This document shows, one piece after another, positions 32,082 through 42,691 of a DNA stretch of 64,000 nucleotides; position 1 is the first letter of the stretch; each line of letters opens with the position of its first letter. The notes beneath the pieces were generated by a model that saw only the letters and a list, made by a program, of their open reading frames with translations, had not been told where the DNA came from and did no database searches. A program made the position numbers and the translations under genes. Location of the stretch: assembly GCF_044324785.1 (NCBI RefSeq), contig NZ_CP172127.1; one strand, 5' to 3'. This DNA comes from Escherichia coli (lineage in GTDB: Bacteria > Pseudomonadota > Gammaproteobacteria > Enterobacterales > Enterobacteriaceae).

Positions 32082-32957
32082 TCAATGCTCTCCTCTGAAC
32101 ACCTCTTTTCTGTGCCATTCAACAAACTGCTCGCCCGGATAATTTTCTTTAACCGGTGGCAACGCAATCGCCTTTCCCGCAAAATCCCAGAACAGTCGCT
32201 GTACCACTCCACCACCATTTACCGCGCCGGAAACCACCACACGCATATTTTCATCCAAGCCAATCGAACCGCGATCAAACGCTTTATGATGGATTGCGCA
32301 CAATGCCAGGCCATTAGGTACTTCACAAGGGCCATGGTGCTGCTTCCATCTGATATGAGCGGCTTCCAGAGCAATCGGCGCATTGTCGTGGCGCATGTTA
32401 AAGCCGCAGATAGCGCACTGATAATTGTAAGCACGTAGCACCATCTGGCGAAACTTCGGATCGCGTTGACGGAGAGAGGTGCGAATATCAAAACCCATCT
32501 CGTCAGCGATCTCTTCCTGAATACTGGCCGGGAAATGCGCCTCCAGGAGCTGCTGCGCCAGCGTATCAATTAACCTGTGATTTTTTGCCACCAACGCAAA
32601 ATTATCGGCATCAAATCCACCAGCAACATTATATTCAATGAGTTCTCGTCGGGGCGGCTGGCGGCTACCACTGGTTGAGCACAGTTCCGCGTTATGTAGT
32701 TCCCAGAAGCCATCGCCCTTCAGACGCCAGAACGGCATGTCCGGGCGCTGGTCACGGCGCTGCGGTCCATAACGTTCCAGGAGATCCAACAGGGGCTCGT
32801 AGATTTCAGAACCATAGTTAAACAGGCGACCATGACCCTGCCGATAGTGTGAGAGAACGTACAGCAGCAATAATGGCTTATGTGGCGCACGTTGTTCGCC
32901 TTTGCGCCAGATGGTGATATTTGATATCGCTTGCTTTAGGGTTTTGTCAGAGGTCAT
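32082..32957 (-). CDS. HNH-motif nuclease with uncharacterised N-terminal domain (candidate modification-dependent type IV restriction endonuclease)
   Basis: C-terminal HNH-like motif YNYQCAICGF...AAHI...LCAIHHKAFD; start set at the first in-frame ATG (the ORF track begins at a TTG at 33002); monocistronic. Confidence 0.55.
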   Translation of the reverse strand: MTSDKTLKQAISNITIWRKGEQRAPHKPLLLLYVLSHYRQGHGRLFNYGSEIYEPLLDLLERYGPQRRDQRPDMPFWRLKGDGFWELHNAELCSTSGSRQPPRRELIEYNVAGGFDADNFALVAKNHRLIDTLAQQLLEAHFPASIQEEIADEMGFDIRTSLRQRDPKFRQMVLRAYNYQCAICGFNMRHDNAPIALEAAHIRWKQHHGPCEVPNGLALCAIHHKAFDRGSIGLDENMRVVVSGAVNGGGVVQRLFWDFAGKAIALPPVKENYPGEQFVEWHRKEVFRGEH

Positions 32958-33172
32958 TGCGTTGGAGAATCCATGAGCACATATTTGCGATGATGCTCGC
33001 AACTATATGTACATTCAAGGCATTATTGCAGACATCCTTTTTCTCTGGCGGTTCTGTACCTGGCAGATAGAATTCTGATAACAACGGTAAAAAATACAGC
33101 GACCAACCAGTCCTAAGCGGGCTGGTTGGTCTTTTAAATTTAAACATCAGCCGAGGAATAACGGCATTCAAC

Positions 33173-34441
33173 TCACTCGCCATTACCCCGATTGATCTTC
33201 GCATAGTCAAACGGCGTAATCGCTCTCTCCCGATTCGCATCCAGAAAATCGGCCCACCACTGCAACATCAGCTTGCGCTCATCCAGATGTTCCGCTTTAT
33301 GGATATACGCCGCTCGCACCGAATTGCGCTCCATATGACTCATCTGTCGTTCCACCGCATCCTTCGACCATAACCCGGACTCAATTAACGAGCTACAGGC
33401 CATTGTGCGGAAGCCGTGGCCGCAAACTTCAACCTTAGTGTCATAACCCATCACCCGTAGCGCACTGTTCACCGTGTTTTCACTCATGGGCTTACGCGGA
33501 TCGTGATCGCCAATAAAAATCAGCTCATGCTCACCACAGAACTGCTTTATCTGCTTCAGGATCGCCAGCGCCTGCTTTGAAAGCGGCACCAGATGCGGTG
33601 TGCGCATCTTTGTTCCTCGCTGAGAATGTTTCACGCCGGGAATCGGTTCTCGCTCAGGAGGGATGGTCCACATTGATGTTTCAAAATCGATCTCTGACCA
33701 ACGAGCAAAACGCAGCTCACTGGACCGAATAAAGATAAGCAGAGTGAGTTCTGTCGCCCAGCGGGTTAGCGGCCTGCCGGTATAGCCGTCTATTTTCTCA
33801 AGCAACTCAGGGATGCGCTTTAACTCCAGCGCCGGACGATGCTGTCGATTACTGGAAGCAACCGCCCCCGCCATCTCTTGCGCCGGATTGTAATCAATTA
33901 ACCCGCTTTGCACTGCATAACGCATGATGGCCGTGGTGCGCTGTTGAAGGCGGGAAGCCACTTCAAGGCGTCCGGATTTCTCCACGGCTTTAATAGGAAT
34001 TAACAGATCGCGGGTGCCTAGTTCAGCAATATTGCGAGTACCAATTGCCGGGAAGATATTGTCCTCCAGGCTCTTTTTTACACGATTAGCATGATCTTCC
34101 GACCATTTTTGGTTGGTTACGAACCACTCTCTGGCAACCTTCTCGAAAGTAATAATCTCTTTCGCCTGCTCTTCTTTCACAGCACGCTTATGCTCACGAG
34201 GATCGATACCAGCAGCTACCAGCTTTCTGGCCTCTTCCCTTTTCTTCCGCGCATCCGCCAGTGAAACATCCGGGTAAACGCCGAACGCCATCAAATGTTG
34301 TTTACCGCCAAAACGGAAACGAAATCGCCAATACTTTGAACCGCCAGGTTTTACAAGTAAGGACATGCCGTCGCCGTCAACAAGTGAATACTCTTTCTCC
34401 TCTGGTTTCGCAGAACGAACTTTAGTATCCGTTAGGGCCAT
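33173..34441 (-). CDS. intB: P4-family tyrosine integrase (IntB-like), adjacent to the tRNA-Leu 3' end
   Basis: 422 aa from MALTDTKVRSAKP...; catalytic-domain motifs of phage integrases (HGFRTMA..., HxxR region); followed by a hairpin plus U-tract terminator at ~33088..33131 on the minus strand. Confidence 0.9.
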   Translation of the reverse strand: MALTDTKVRSAKPEEKEYSLVDGDGMSLLVKPGGSKYWRFRFRFGGKQHLMAFGVYPDVSLADARKKREEARKLVAAGIDPREHKRAVKEEQAKEIITFEKVAREWFVTNQKWSEDHANRVKKSLEDNIFPAIGTRNIAELGTRDLLIPIKAVEKSGRLEVASRLQQRTTAIMRYAVQSGLIDYNPAQEMAGAVASSNRQHRPALELKRIPELLEKIDGYTGRPLTRWATELTLLIFIRSSELRFARWSEIDFETSMWTIPPEREPIPGVKHSQRGTKMRTPHLVPLSKQALAILKQIKQFCGEHELIFIGDHDPRKPMSENTVNSALRVMGYDTKVEVCGHGFRTMACSSLIESGLWSKDAVERQMSHMERNSVRAAYIHKAEHLDERKLMLQWWADFLDANRERAITPFDYAKINRGNGE

Positions 34442-34640
34442 AGTGGTCTTCCTTCCATTGGTATCTCGTGAGTATACAAGCAATATCGAATCGGCAAATA
34501 TACTCATTAGTATACTCACAAGCCTGTTGATGTGGGTTGAGTCAGGTTGACTTCAGTTGAGGAGAAAAGCTGGAAAAGCCTTGTGTAGCGCGGATTTCAG
34601 GCATAAAAAAAGACCTCAGTTGAGGTCTATTTACATACTT

Positions 34641-34725
34641 TTGGTGCCGAAGGCCGGACTCGAACCGGCACGTATTTCTACGGTTGATTTTGAATCAACT
34701 GCGTCTACCGATTTCGCCACTTCGG
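34641..34725 (-). tRNA. leuX: tRNA-Leu (anticodon CAA), leuX
   Basis: Reverse complement reads GCCGAAGTGGCGAAATCGGTAGACGCAGTTGATTCAAAATCAACCGTAGAAATACGTGCCGGTTCGAGTCCGGCCTTCGGCACCA, an 85-nt type II tRNA with CAA anticodon and CCA end. Confidence 0.97.
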
Positions 34726-34921
34726 CACTGAAGAGGTATGCGGAAAACGTTGTGGATTATACCTGTCGCACGCCACCATGCAAGCGCCAGCTTGCTCGCA
34801 CCTCGCTAAGTGCTGAAATTTTCAGCATTGCATACAGCGATGTGTAACCTTTGTCACACTCCAGGCACCCCGCCCTGCCATGCTCTACACTTCCCAGACA
34901 ACACCAGAGAAGGACCAAAAA

Positions 34922-35941
34922 ATGTCGATGATAAAAAGCTACGCCGCAAAAGAGGCTGGCGGCGAACTGGAACTTTATGAGTACGATCCCGGTGAACTGA
35001 AGCCACAAGATGTTGAAGTGCAGGTGGATTACTGCGGGATCTGCCATTCCGATCTGTCGATGATCGACAACGAATGGGGATTTTCACAGTATCCGCTGGT
35101 TGCCGGGCATGAGGTGATTGGTCGCGTGGTGGCGCTCGGGAGTGCCGCACAGGATAAAGGTTTGCAGGTCGGTCAGCGTGTCGGGATTGGCTGGACGGCA
35201 CGCAGCTGCGGGCATTGCGATGCCTGTATTAGCGGTAATCAGATCAACTGCGAGCAAGGCGCGGTGCCGACGATTATGAATCGCGGCGGCTTTGCTGAGA
35301 AGCTGCGTGCGGACTGGCAATGGGTGATCCCACTGCCAGAAAATATCGACATTGAATCTGCTGGGCCGCTGTTGTGCGGCGGTATCACGGTCTTTAAACC
35401 ACTGTTGATGCACCATATCACTGCCACCAGCCGCGTCGGCGTAATTGGTATTGGCGGGCTGGGGCATATCGCTATAAAACTTCTGCACGCAATGGGATGC
35501 GAGGTGACAGCCTTTAGTTCGAATCCGGCGAAAGAGCAGGAAGTGCTGGCGATGGGTGCCGATAAAGTGGTGAATAGCCGCGATCCGCAGGCACTCAAAG
35601 CACTGGCGGGGCAGTTTGATCTCATTATCAACACCGTCAACGTCAGCCTCGACTGGCAGCCTTATTTTGAGGCGCTGACGTATGGCGGTAATTTCCATAC
35701 GGTCGGTGCGGTTCTCACGCCGCTGTCTGTTCCGGCCTTTACGTTAATTGCGGGCGATCGCAGTGTCTCAGGTTCGGCAACCGGTACGCCTTATGAGCTG
35801 CGTAAGCTGATGCGCTTTGCCACCCGCAGCAAGGTTGCGCCGACCACCGAACTGTTCCCGATGTCGAAAATAAACGACGCCATCCAGCATGTGCGCAACG
35901 GTAAGGCGCGTTACCGCGTGGTTCTGAAAGCCGATTTTTGA
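34922..35941 (+). CDS. ahr: NADPH-dependent aldehyde reductase Ahr (YjgB), zinc-dependent alcohol dehydrogenase family
   Basis: 339 aa from [11 protein letters not shown]...; zinc-ADH motifs GHEVIGRV and C-x-x-C-x-x-C; K-12 synteny next to leuX. Confidence 0.92.
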   Translation: MSMIKSYAAKEAGGELELYEYDPGELKPQDVEVQVDYCGICHSDLSMIDNEWGFSQYPLVAGHEVIGRVVALGSAAQDKGLQVGQRVGIGWTARSCGHCDACISGNQINCEQGAVPTIMNRGGFAEKLRADWQWVIPLPENIDIESAGPLLCGGITVFKPLLMHHITATSRVGVIGIGGLGHIAIKLLHAMGCEVTAFSSNPAKEQEVLAMGADKVVNSRDPQALKALAGQFDLIINTVNVSLDWQPYFEALTYGGNFHTVGAVLTPLSVPAFTLIAGDRSVSGSATGTPYELRKLMRFATRSKVAPTTELFPMSKINDAIQHVRNGKARYRVVLKADF

Positions 35942-35944
35942 AAA

Positions 35945-36508
35945 TCATTCGCAGCGCTGATCTGAGGCGCTGCCCCCTTTCGCACATATTCTGTCTTGTC
36001 GTATCGCCAGCACGGCCTGCCGACATTGTTCGGTGACATTGGCAATATCATGGTTGATATCAATGCGCACAATATCCTGTTCATCTGCTTGTGGACGCTC
36101 CAGCGCCTCAAACTGACTTTTTAGTAACGCTACCGGCATAAAATGCCCAGCCCGCCGCTGCATTCGCGCGAGAATAGTTTCATAGTCGCCATCTAACCAG
36201 AGGAAATGAACATGGGGGCTACCCTTGCGTAAAATATCACGATACTGTTTTTTTAATGATGAACAGACAATAAATCCTGTTTCATTCTTTTTATAAAGAC
36301 TGTATGAAGCATCATTTAAGCGTTCCAGCCAGGGAAGTCGATCTTCATCAGATAATGGAATACCCTGCGACATTTTATCTATATTTTTGGCTGGATGAAG
36401 ATCGTCACCATCAATAAATTTAGCAGATAATAACGCGGCAACCTTGCTACCAATTAATGTTTTACCACTCCCTGAAACGCCCATCAAAATAAAGCTTTCA
36501 CCCGCCAT
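35945..36508 (-). CDS. idnK: Gluconokinase (thermosensitive), IdnK
   Basis: 187 aa; P-loop GVSGSGKT; K-12 synteny, divergent from idnD. Confidence 0.92.
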   Translation of the reverse strand: MAGESFILMGVSGSGKTLIGSKVAALLSAKFIDGDDLHPAKNIDKMSQGIPLSDEDRLPWLERLNDASYSLYKKNETGFIVCSSLKKQYRDILRKGSPHVHFLWLDGDYETILARMQRRAGHFMPVALLKSQFEALERPQADEQDIVRIDINHDIANVTEQCRQAVLAIRQDRICAKGGSASDQRCE

Positions 36509-36610
36509 TTAAAATCTCCTGAATCATCTTACCTGCTGCGATACTACGCCTAGTGGCATAATAATTTCACGTTTTTTTATTTCTGCTGATAAGAATTACA
36601 AGGCACATCA

Positions 36611-36640
36611 CGTTATGCGTAACATAGTAATGTAACAATT
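36611..36640. promoter_or_regulatory. Putative IdnR/GntR-type operator(s) in the idnK-idnD divergent promoter region
   Basis: Palindromic CGTTATGCGTAACAT followed by ATGTTAC-like half-site, resembling the recalled gnt operator consensus ATGTTACCGGTAACAT. Confidence 0.35.
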
Positions 36641-36724
36641 TTCTGACGTGATCTTCATCACAAATAATGACAATTAAAACCGCTTAAATGCTTCCGAGGT
36701 GTCTACCTGACCAGTGAGGAATTT

Positions 36725-37756
36725 ATGCAAGTGAAAACACAGTCCTGCGTTGTTGCGGGCAAGAAAACTGTTGCCGTTACCGAGCAGACGATAGATTGGA
36801 ATAATAATGGAACATTAGTACAAATAACCCGAGGTGGAATTTGCGGTTCCGATTTACATTATTATCAGGAAGGAAAAGTAGGTAATTTCATGATAAAGGC
36901 ACCGATGGTGTTAGGTCATGAAGTTATCGGTAAAGTTATTCATAGCGACTCATCAGAATTACATGAAGGGCAAACGGTAGCCATTAATCCGTCTAAACCG
37001 TGCGGTCACTGCAAATACTGCATTGAACATAACGAGAATCAGTGTACAGATATGCGTTTTTTTGGCAGTGCCATGTATTTCCCTCATGTTGATGGTGGTT
37101 TTACCCGTTATAAAATGGTCGAAACGTCGCAATGTGTCCCTTATCCGGCCAAAGCTGACGAAAAGGTTATGGCTTTTGCCGAACCTTTAGCCGTCGCGAT
37201 TCATGCCGCACATCAGGCCGGCGAGTTACAGGGCAAGCGAGTATTTGTTTCCGGTGTTGGGCCCATTGGCTGCCTGATTGTCAGTGCTGTGAAAACACTG
37301 GGGGCCGCGGAAATTGTCTGTGCCGATGTGAGTCCCCGTTCCCTTTCGCTGGCCAAAGAGATGGGTGCGGATGTGCTCGTAAACCCACAAAACGACGACA
37401 TGGATCACTGGAAAGCGGAAAAAGGCCATTTCGATGTCAGCTTTGAAGTGTCCGGTCATCCTTCATCAGTGAATACCTGTCTGGAGGTCACTCGTGCACG
37501 CGGCGTAATGGTGCAGGTAGGGATGGGAGGCGCGATGGCAGAATTCCCAATGATGACGTTGATTGGTAAGGAGATTTCACTCAGAGGCTCTTTCCGTTTT
37601 ACCAGCGAATTTAATACCGCAGTGTCATGGCTGGCGAATGGCGTTATCAGTCCACTGCCTTTACTGAGTGCTGAATATCCCTTCACTGACCTGGAAGAGG
37701 CGCTACGTTTCGCCGGTGATAAAACCCAGGCAGCAAAAGTCCAGCTTGTTTTCTAA
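36725..37756 (+). CDS. idnD: L-idonate 5-dehydrogenase IdnD
   Basis: 343 aa zinc-dependent alcohol dehydrogenase-family protein; K-12 idn operon synteny. Confidence 0.92.
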   Translation: MQVKTQSCVVAGKKTVAVTEQTIDWNNNGTLVQITRGGICGSDLHYYQEGKVGNFMIKAPMVLGHEVIGKVIHSDSSELHEGQTVAINPSKPCGHCKYCIEHNENQCTDMRFFGSAMYFPHVDGGFTRYKMVETSQCVPYPAKADEKVMAFAEPLAVAIHAAHQAGELQGKRVFVSGVGPIGCLIVSAVKTLGAAEIVCADVSPRSLSLAKEMGADVLVNPQNDDMDHWKAEKGHFDVSFEVSGHPSSVNTCLEVTRARGVMVQVGMGGAMAEFPMMTLIGKEISLRGSFRFTSEFNTAVSWLANGVISPLPLLSAEYPFTDLEEALRFAGDKTQAAKVQLVF

Positions 37757-37779
37757 GAGATAAATAAAGGAATAATACA

Positions 37780-38544
37780 ATGAACGATCTATTTTCACTG
37801 GCAGGAAAAAATATCTTGATTACCGGTTCAGCACAGGGCATTGGCTTTTTACTGGCAACCGGCCTGGGTAAATATGGCGCACAAATAATTATTAATGATA
37901 TTACTGCCGAACGCGCAGAACTTGCTGTAGAAAAACTCCACCAGGAGGGTATTCAGGCCGTTGCCGCACCTTTTAATGTTACTCATAAACATGAAATTGA
38001 TGCCGCCGTTGAACATATCGAAAAGGACATCGGCCCCATTGATGTGCTGGTGAATAACGCCGGTATCCAGCGCCGTCATCCTTTTACTGAGTTCCCTGAA
38101 CAAGAGTGGAATGATGTGATCGCAGTAAACCAGACCGCCGTGTTCCTGGTATCGCAAGCGGTAACTCGTCACATGGTTGAACGCAAGGCAGGTAAAGTTA
38201 TTAATATTTGCTCGATGCAAAGCGAACTGGGACGTGACACCATCACCCCTTATGCCGCATCGAAAGGGGCGGTAAAAATGCTCACCCGCGGCATGTGCGT
38301 CGAGCTGGCGCGCCACAATATTCAGGTCAACGGTATTGCGCCGGGCTATTTCAAAACAGAAATGACTAAAGCACTGGTTGAGGACGAAGCCTTCACCGCC
38401 TGGTTGTGCAAACGGACCCCCGCCGCACGCTGGGGAGATCCGCAGGAACTGATTGGTGCTGCGGTGTTCCTTTCTTCAAAAGCCTCTGATTTCGTAAACG
38501 GCCACCTGTTGTTTGTTGATGGCGGCATGTTAGTGGCTGTTTAA
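37780..38544 (+). CDS. idnO: 5-keto-D-gluconate 5-reductase IdnO (short-chain dehydrogenase/reductase)
   Basis: 254 aa; cofactor motif ITGSAQGIG and catalytic YAASK. Confidence 0.92.
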   Translation: MNDLFSLAGKNILITGSAQGIGFLLATGLGKYGAQIIINDITAERAELAVEKLHQEGIQAVAAPFNVTHKHEIDAAVEHIEKDIGPIDVLVNNAGIQRRHPFTEFPEQEWNDVIAVNQTAVFLVSQAVTRHMVERKAGKVINICSMQSELGRDTITPYAASKGAVKMLTRGMCVELARHNIQVNGIAPGYFKTEMTKALVEDEAFTAWLCKRTPAARWGDPQELIGAAVFLSSKASDFVNGHLLFVDGGMLVAV

Positions 38545-38608
38545 CAGCCACCACCCTACGTGCAGCGCGAAAGCGCTGCTTTTCTGGCACTAATAAGAGA
38601 TAAAGACT

Positions 38609-39928
38609 ATGCCATTAATCATTATTGCGGCAGGCGTCGCGCTGCTTCTTATCCTGATGATCGGCTTTAAAGTTAACGGCTTTATTGCCCTCGTTCTGGT
38701 AGCTGCCGTCGTCGGATTTGCCGAAGGGATGGATGCACAGGCCGTCCTGCACTCTATACAAAATGGTATCGGCAGCACGCTCGGCGGGCTGGCAATGATC
38801 CTCGGTTTCGGGGCCATGTTAGGCAAGCTGATTTCTGATACGGGTGCGGCACAACGTATCGCCACTACGCTGATTGCTACTTTTGGTAAAAAACGCGTGC
38901 AATGGGCGCTAGTGATCACCGGTCTGGTTGTGGGCCTCGCCATGTTTTTTGAAGTGGGTTTTGTCCTGCTGTTGCCGTTGGTATTTACCATCGTAGCATC
39001 ATCAGGATTACCCCTGTTGTATGTTGGCGTACCAATGGTAGCAGCGCTCTCTGTAACCCACTGTTTTCTGCCGCCACATCCAGGGCCTACTGCCATCGCG
39101 ACTATCTTTGAGGCTAATCTCGGAACGACTTTACTGTATGGATTTATCATTACCATTCCGACAGTTATTGTCGCAGGACCGCTGTTTTCTAAACTGCTAA
39201 CTCGCTTTGAGAAAGCACCACCGGAAGGCTTATTTAATCCTCATCTGTTTAGCGAAGAGGAGATGCCCTCTTTCTGGAACAGTATTTTCGCTGCCGTGAT
39301 CCCGGTCATCCTGATGGCTATCGCCGCCGTTTGTGAAATTACGTTACCGAAAACTAACACCGTGCGCCTCTTCTTTGAATTTGTCGGTAACCCTGCCGTT
39401 GCGCTGTTTATTGCCATTGTTATTGCGATTTTCACACTGGGCCGACGTAATGGACGCACCATCGAGCAAATCATGGATATCATTGGGGATTCTATAGGCG
39501 CTATCGCGATGATTGTGTTTATTATCGCTGGCGGCGGCGCGTTTAAGCAGGTATTAGTAGATAGCGGTGTCGGGCACTATATTTCACACTTAATGACAGG
39601 AACTACGCTTTCGCCGTTATTGATGTGCTGGACTGTTGCGGCGCTGTTGCGTATCGCTCTGGGCTCTGCCACCGTCGCGGCCATTACCACCGCGGGTGTG
39701 GTGTTGCCGATTATCAACGTTACCCATGCCGATCCCGCTTTAATGGTACTGGCAACCGGTGCGGGCAGCGTGATCGCGTCACACGTAAACGACCCTGGCT
39801 TCTGGCTATTTAAAGGGTATTTTAATCTGACGGTTGGTGAAACGTTGCGTACCTGGACGGTGATGGAAACCCTTATTTCTATTATGGGTTTGCTGGGCGT
39901 GTTAGCCATTAACGCCGTATTGCACTGA
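38609..39928 (+). CDS. idnT: Gnt-family L-idonate/5-ketogluconate/gluconate transporter IdnT
   Basis: 439-aa polytopic membrane protein; synteny. Confidence 0.92.
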   Translation: MPLIIIAAGVALLLILMIGFKVNGFIALVLVAAVVGFAEGMDAQAVLHSIQNGIGSTLGGLAMILGFGAMLGKLISDTGAAQRIATTLIATFGKKRVQWALVITGLVVGLAMFFEVGFVLLLPLVFTIVASSGLPLLYVGVPMVAALSVTHCFLPPHPGPTAIATIFEANLGTTLLYGFIITIPTVIVAGPLFSKLLTRFEKAPPEGLFNPHLFSEEEMPSFWNSIFAAVIPVILMAIAAVCEITLPKTNTVRLFFEFVGNPAVALFIAIVIAIFTLGRRNGRTIEQIMDIIGDSIGAIAMIVFIIAGGGAFKQVLVDSGVGHYISHLMTGTTLSPLLMCWTVAALLRIALGSATVAAITTAGVVLPIINVTHADPALMVLATGAGSVIASHVNDPGFWLFKGYFNLTVGETLRTWTVMETLISIMGLLGVLAINAVLH

Positions 39929-39994
39929 AAGAATAAAATATTGTGATGTAGTTTCGGGGGAAGATTGAAGATTCCCCCGACGTTGGGAGAAGTT

Positions 39995-40993
39995 ATGCGC
40001 AATCACAGAATTTCTTTACAGGATATCGCTACGCTGGCTGGCGTAACAAAAATGACCGTGAGTCGTTATATCCGCTCGCCGAAAAAGGTGGCAAAGGAAA
40101 CAGGCGAGCGCATCGCCAAAATTATGGAAGAGATCAATTATATCCCTAATCGCGCTCCCGGCATGTTGTTGAATGCACAAAGTTATACCCTCGGTATCTT
40201 GATTCCGTCATTTCAAAATCAACTCTTCGCTGACATTCTCGCGGGAATAGAATCCGTCACCTCTGAGCATAATTATCAGACCCTTATTGCTAATTACAAT
40301 TACGATCGCGATTCCGAAGAAGAGTCGGTGATTAACCTGCTCTCTTATAACATTGACGGGATTATACTTTCGGAAAAATATCACACCATCAGGACGGTGA
40401 AATTTCTGCGTTCAGCCACCATTCCGGTCGTGGAATTGATGGATGTACAGGGAGAACGGCTGGATATGGAGGTCGGTTTTGATAATCGGCAGGCCGCTTT
40501 TGACATGGTGTGTACCATGCTGGAGAAGCGAGTCAGGCACAAAATTCTGTATCTCGGTTCCAAAGATGACACCCGCGATGAACAGCGTTATCAGGGGTAT
40601 TGCGATGCGATGATGCTGCATAATCTTTCCCCATTACGCATGAATCCACGCGCCATCTCATCCATTCATTTAGGAATGCAGTTAATGCGTGATGCCCTTA
40701 GCGCAAACCCGGATTTAGACGGTGTATTTTGCACCAATGACGATATTGCGATGGGTGCGCTTCTGCTGTGCCGCGAGCGAAACCTCGCCGTGCCAGAACA
40801 AATTTCCATTGCGGGTTTTCATGGGCTGGAGATTGGCAGGCAAATGATCCCAAGCCTCGCCAGCGTAATTACTCCCCGTTTTGATATTGGTCGGATGGCC
40901 GCCCAAATGTTGCTGAGCAAAATTAAAAATAACGATCACAACCACAACACTGTTGACCTCGGGTATCAGATTTATCACGGCAACACGCTTTAG
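39995..40993 (+). CDS. idnR: LacI-family transcriptional regulator IdnR
   Basis: 332 aa from [26 protein letters not shown] (HTH); the ORF track starts 10 codons upstream. Confidence 0.9.
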   Translation: MRNHRISLQDIATLAGVTKMTVSRYIRSPKKVAKETGERIAKIMEEINYIPNRAPGMLLNAQSYTLGILIPSFQNQLFADILAGIESVTSEHNYQTLIANYNYDRDSEEESVINLLSYNIDGIILSEKYHTIRTVKFLRSATIPVVELMDVQGERLDMEVGFDNRQAAFDMVCTMLEKRVRHKILYLGSKDDTRDEQRYQGYCDAMMLHNLSPLRMNPRAISSIHLGMQLMRDALSANPDLDGVFCTNDDIAMGALLLCRERNLAVPEQISIAGFHGLEIGRQMIPSLASVITPRFDIGRMAAQMLLSKIKNNDHNHNTVDLGYQIYHGNTL

Positions 40994-41070
40994 GTTATTT
41001 TCTCTTCATTACACGTATTCTCTTTGCCGGACGTTGCCTATACTCCAGGCAGGAAACTGGAGGATATCTC

Positions 41071-42573
41071 ATGAGCGAACCCCTGTTAATTGCCCGCACG
41101 TCGGACACAGAACTGTTTTTACTGCCGGGAATGGCGAATCGTCACGGGCTGATTACTGGCGCAACGGGGACGGGTAAAACCGTTACGCTGCAAAAGCTGG
41201 CGGAGTCATTGTCGGAAATCGGTGTTCCGGTGTTTATGGCCGATGTGAAAGGTGATTTAACGGGAGTTGCGGAGGGAGGTACATCTTCGGAAAAACTGCT
41301 CGCAAGGCTTAAAAATATCGGCGTAAATGACTGGCAACCTCATGCTAATCCGGTGGTGGTGTGGGATATCTTTGGCGAGAAAGGCCATCCGGTGCGGGCG
41401 ACGGTTTCGGATCTGGGGCCGCTGTTGCTGGCGCGACTGTTGAATCTCAACGATGTGCAATCTGGCGTGCTGAATATTATCTTTCGTATTGCTGATGATC
41501 AGGGGCTGTTACTGCTCGACTTTAAAGATTTGCGGGCGATTACCCAGTACATCGGCGATAACGCCAAATCCTTCCAGAATCAGTACGGTAATATCAGTAG
41601 CGCATCGGTTGGTGCCATCCAGCGCGGGCTGTTATCGCTGGAACAGCAAGGCGCGGCGCACTTTTTTGGTGAGCCGATGCTGGATATCAAAGACTGGATG
41701 CGTACCGATACCAACGGTAAAGGCGTTATCAATATCCTCAGCGCCGAGAAGCTTTATCAGATGCCGAAACTGTACGCCGCCAGCCTGCTGTGGATGCTTT
41801 CAGAGTTGTATGAACAATTGCCGGAAGCGGGCGATCTGGAGAAACCAAAACTGGTGTTTTTCTTCGACGAGGCGCATCTGCTGTTTAATGACGCACCGCA
41901 GGTACTGCTGGATAAGATTGAGCAGGTGATAAGGCTTATCCGCTCGAAAGGCGTGGGCGTCTGGTTCGTTTCGCAAAACCCGTCAGATATTCCGGATAAC
42001 GTGCTCGGGCAGCTCGGTAATCGCGTTCAGCACGCTTTGCGGGCTTTTACGCCAAAAGATCAGAAAGCAGTGAAGGCAGCGGCGCAAACCATGCGGGCCA
42101 ATCCGGCATTTGATACCGAAAAGGCAATCCAGGAACTGGGGACCGGCGAGGCGTTGATCTCGTTTCTCGATGCGAAAGGAAGCCCTTCAGTGGTGGAACG
42201 GGCGATGGTGATTGCCCCCTGTTCACGAATGGGGCCGGTGACGGAAGATGAGCGTAATGGCTTGATTAATCACTCTCCGGTGTATGGCAAGTACGAGGAT
42301 GACGTGAACCGGGAATCCGCCTATGAGATGTTGCAAAAAGGCTTTCAGGCCAGTACCGAGCAGCAAAATAATCCTCCCGCGAAAGGGAAAGAGGTGGCGG
42401 TGGATGACGGTATTCTTGGTGGATTGAAGGATATTTTGTTTGGCACTACCGGACCACGCGGCGGGAAGAAAGATGGTGTGGTGCAAACAATGGCGAAAAG
42501 CGCCGCCCGCCAGGTGACGAATCAGATTGTGCGTGGGATGTTGGGGAGTTTGCTGGGGGGGAGAAAAAGATAA
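41071..42573 (+). CDS. yjgR: YjgR (DUF853-family P-loop ATPase, HerA/FtsK-like)
   Basis: 500 aa; Walker A GATGTGKT; synteny. Confidence 0.9.
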   Translation: MSEPLLIARTSDTELFLLPGMANRHGLITGATGTGKTVTLQKLAESLSEIGVPVFMADVKGDLTGVAEGGTSSEKLLARLKNIGVNDWQPHANPVVVWDIFGEKGHPVRATVSDLGPLLLARLLNLNDVQSGVLNIIFRIADDQGLLLLDFKDLRAITQYIGDNAKSFQNQYGNISSASVGAIQRGLLSLEQQGAAHFFGEPMLDIKDWMRTDTNGKGVINILSAEKLYQMPKLYAASLLWMLSELYEQLPEAGDLEKPKLVFFFDEAHLLFNDAPQVLLDKIEQVIRLIRSKGVGVWFVSQNPSDIPDNVLGQLGNRVQHALRAFTPKDQKAVKAAAQTMRANPAFDTEKAIQELGTGEALISFLDAKGSPSVVERAMVIAPCSRMGPVTEDERNGLINHSPVYGKYEDDVNRESAYEMLQKGFQASTEQQNNPPAKGKEVAVDDGILGGLKDILFGTTGPRGGKKDGVVQTMAKSAARQVTNQIVRGMLGSLLGGRKR

Positions 42574-42691
42574 GTCAGACGTGATCTGTGCCCCTCACCC
42601 TAACCCTCTCCCCAAAGGGGCAAGGGGACCGTTCGAACTCGTATTTGACTTTGTCAACAATAATAAAGGGAGCTTTCGCTCCCTTGTTAGA

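Noticed and set aside
35084-35698. 204-aa and 133-aa minus-strand ORFs
   Set aside because: Antisense to ahr; no ribosome-binding site or motif; the sense-strand gene is conserved.
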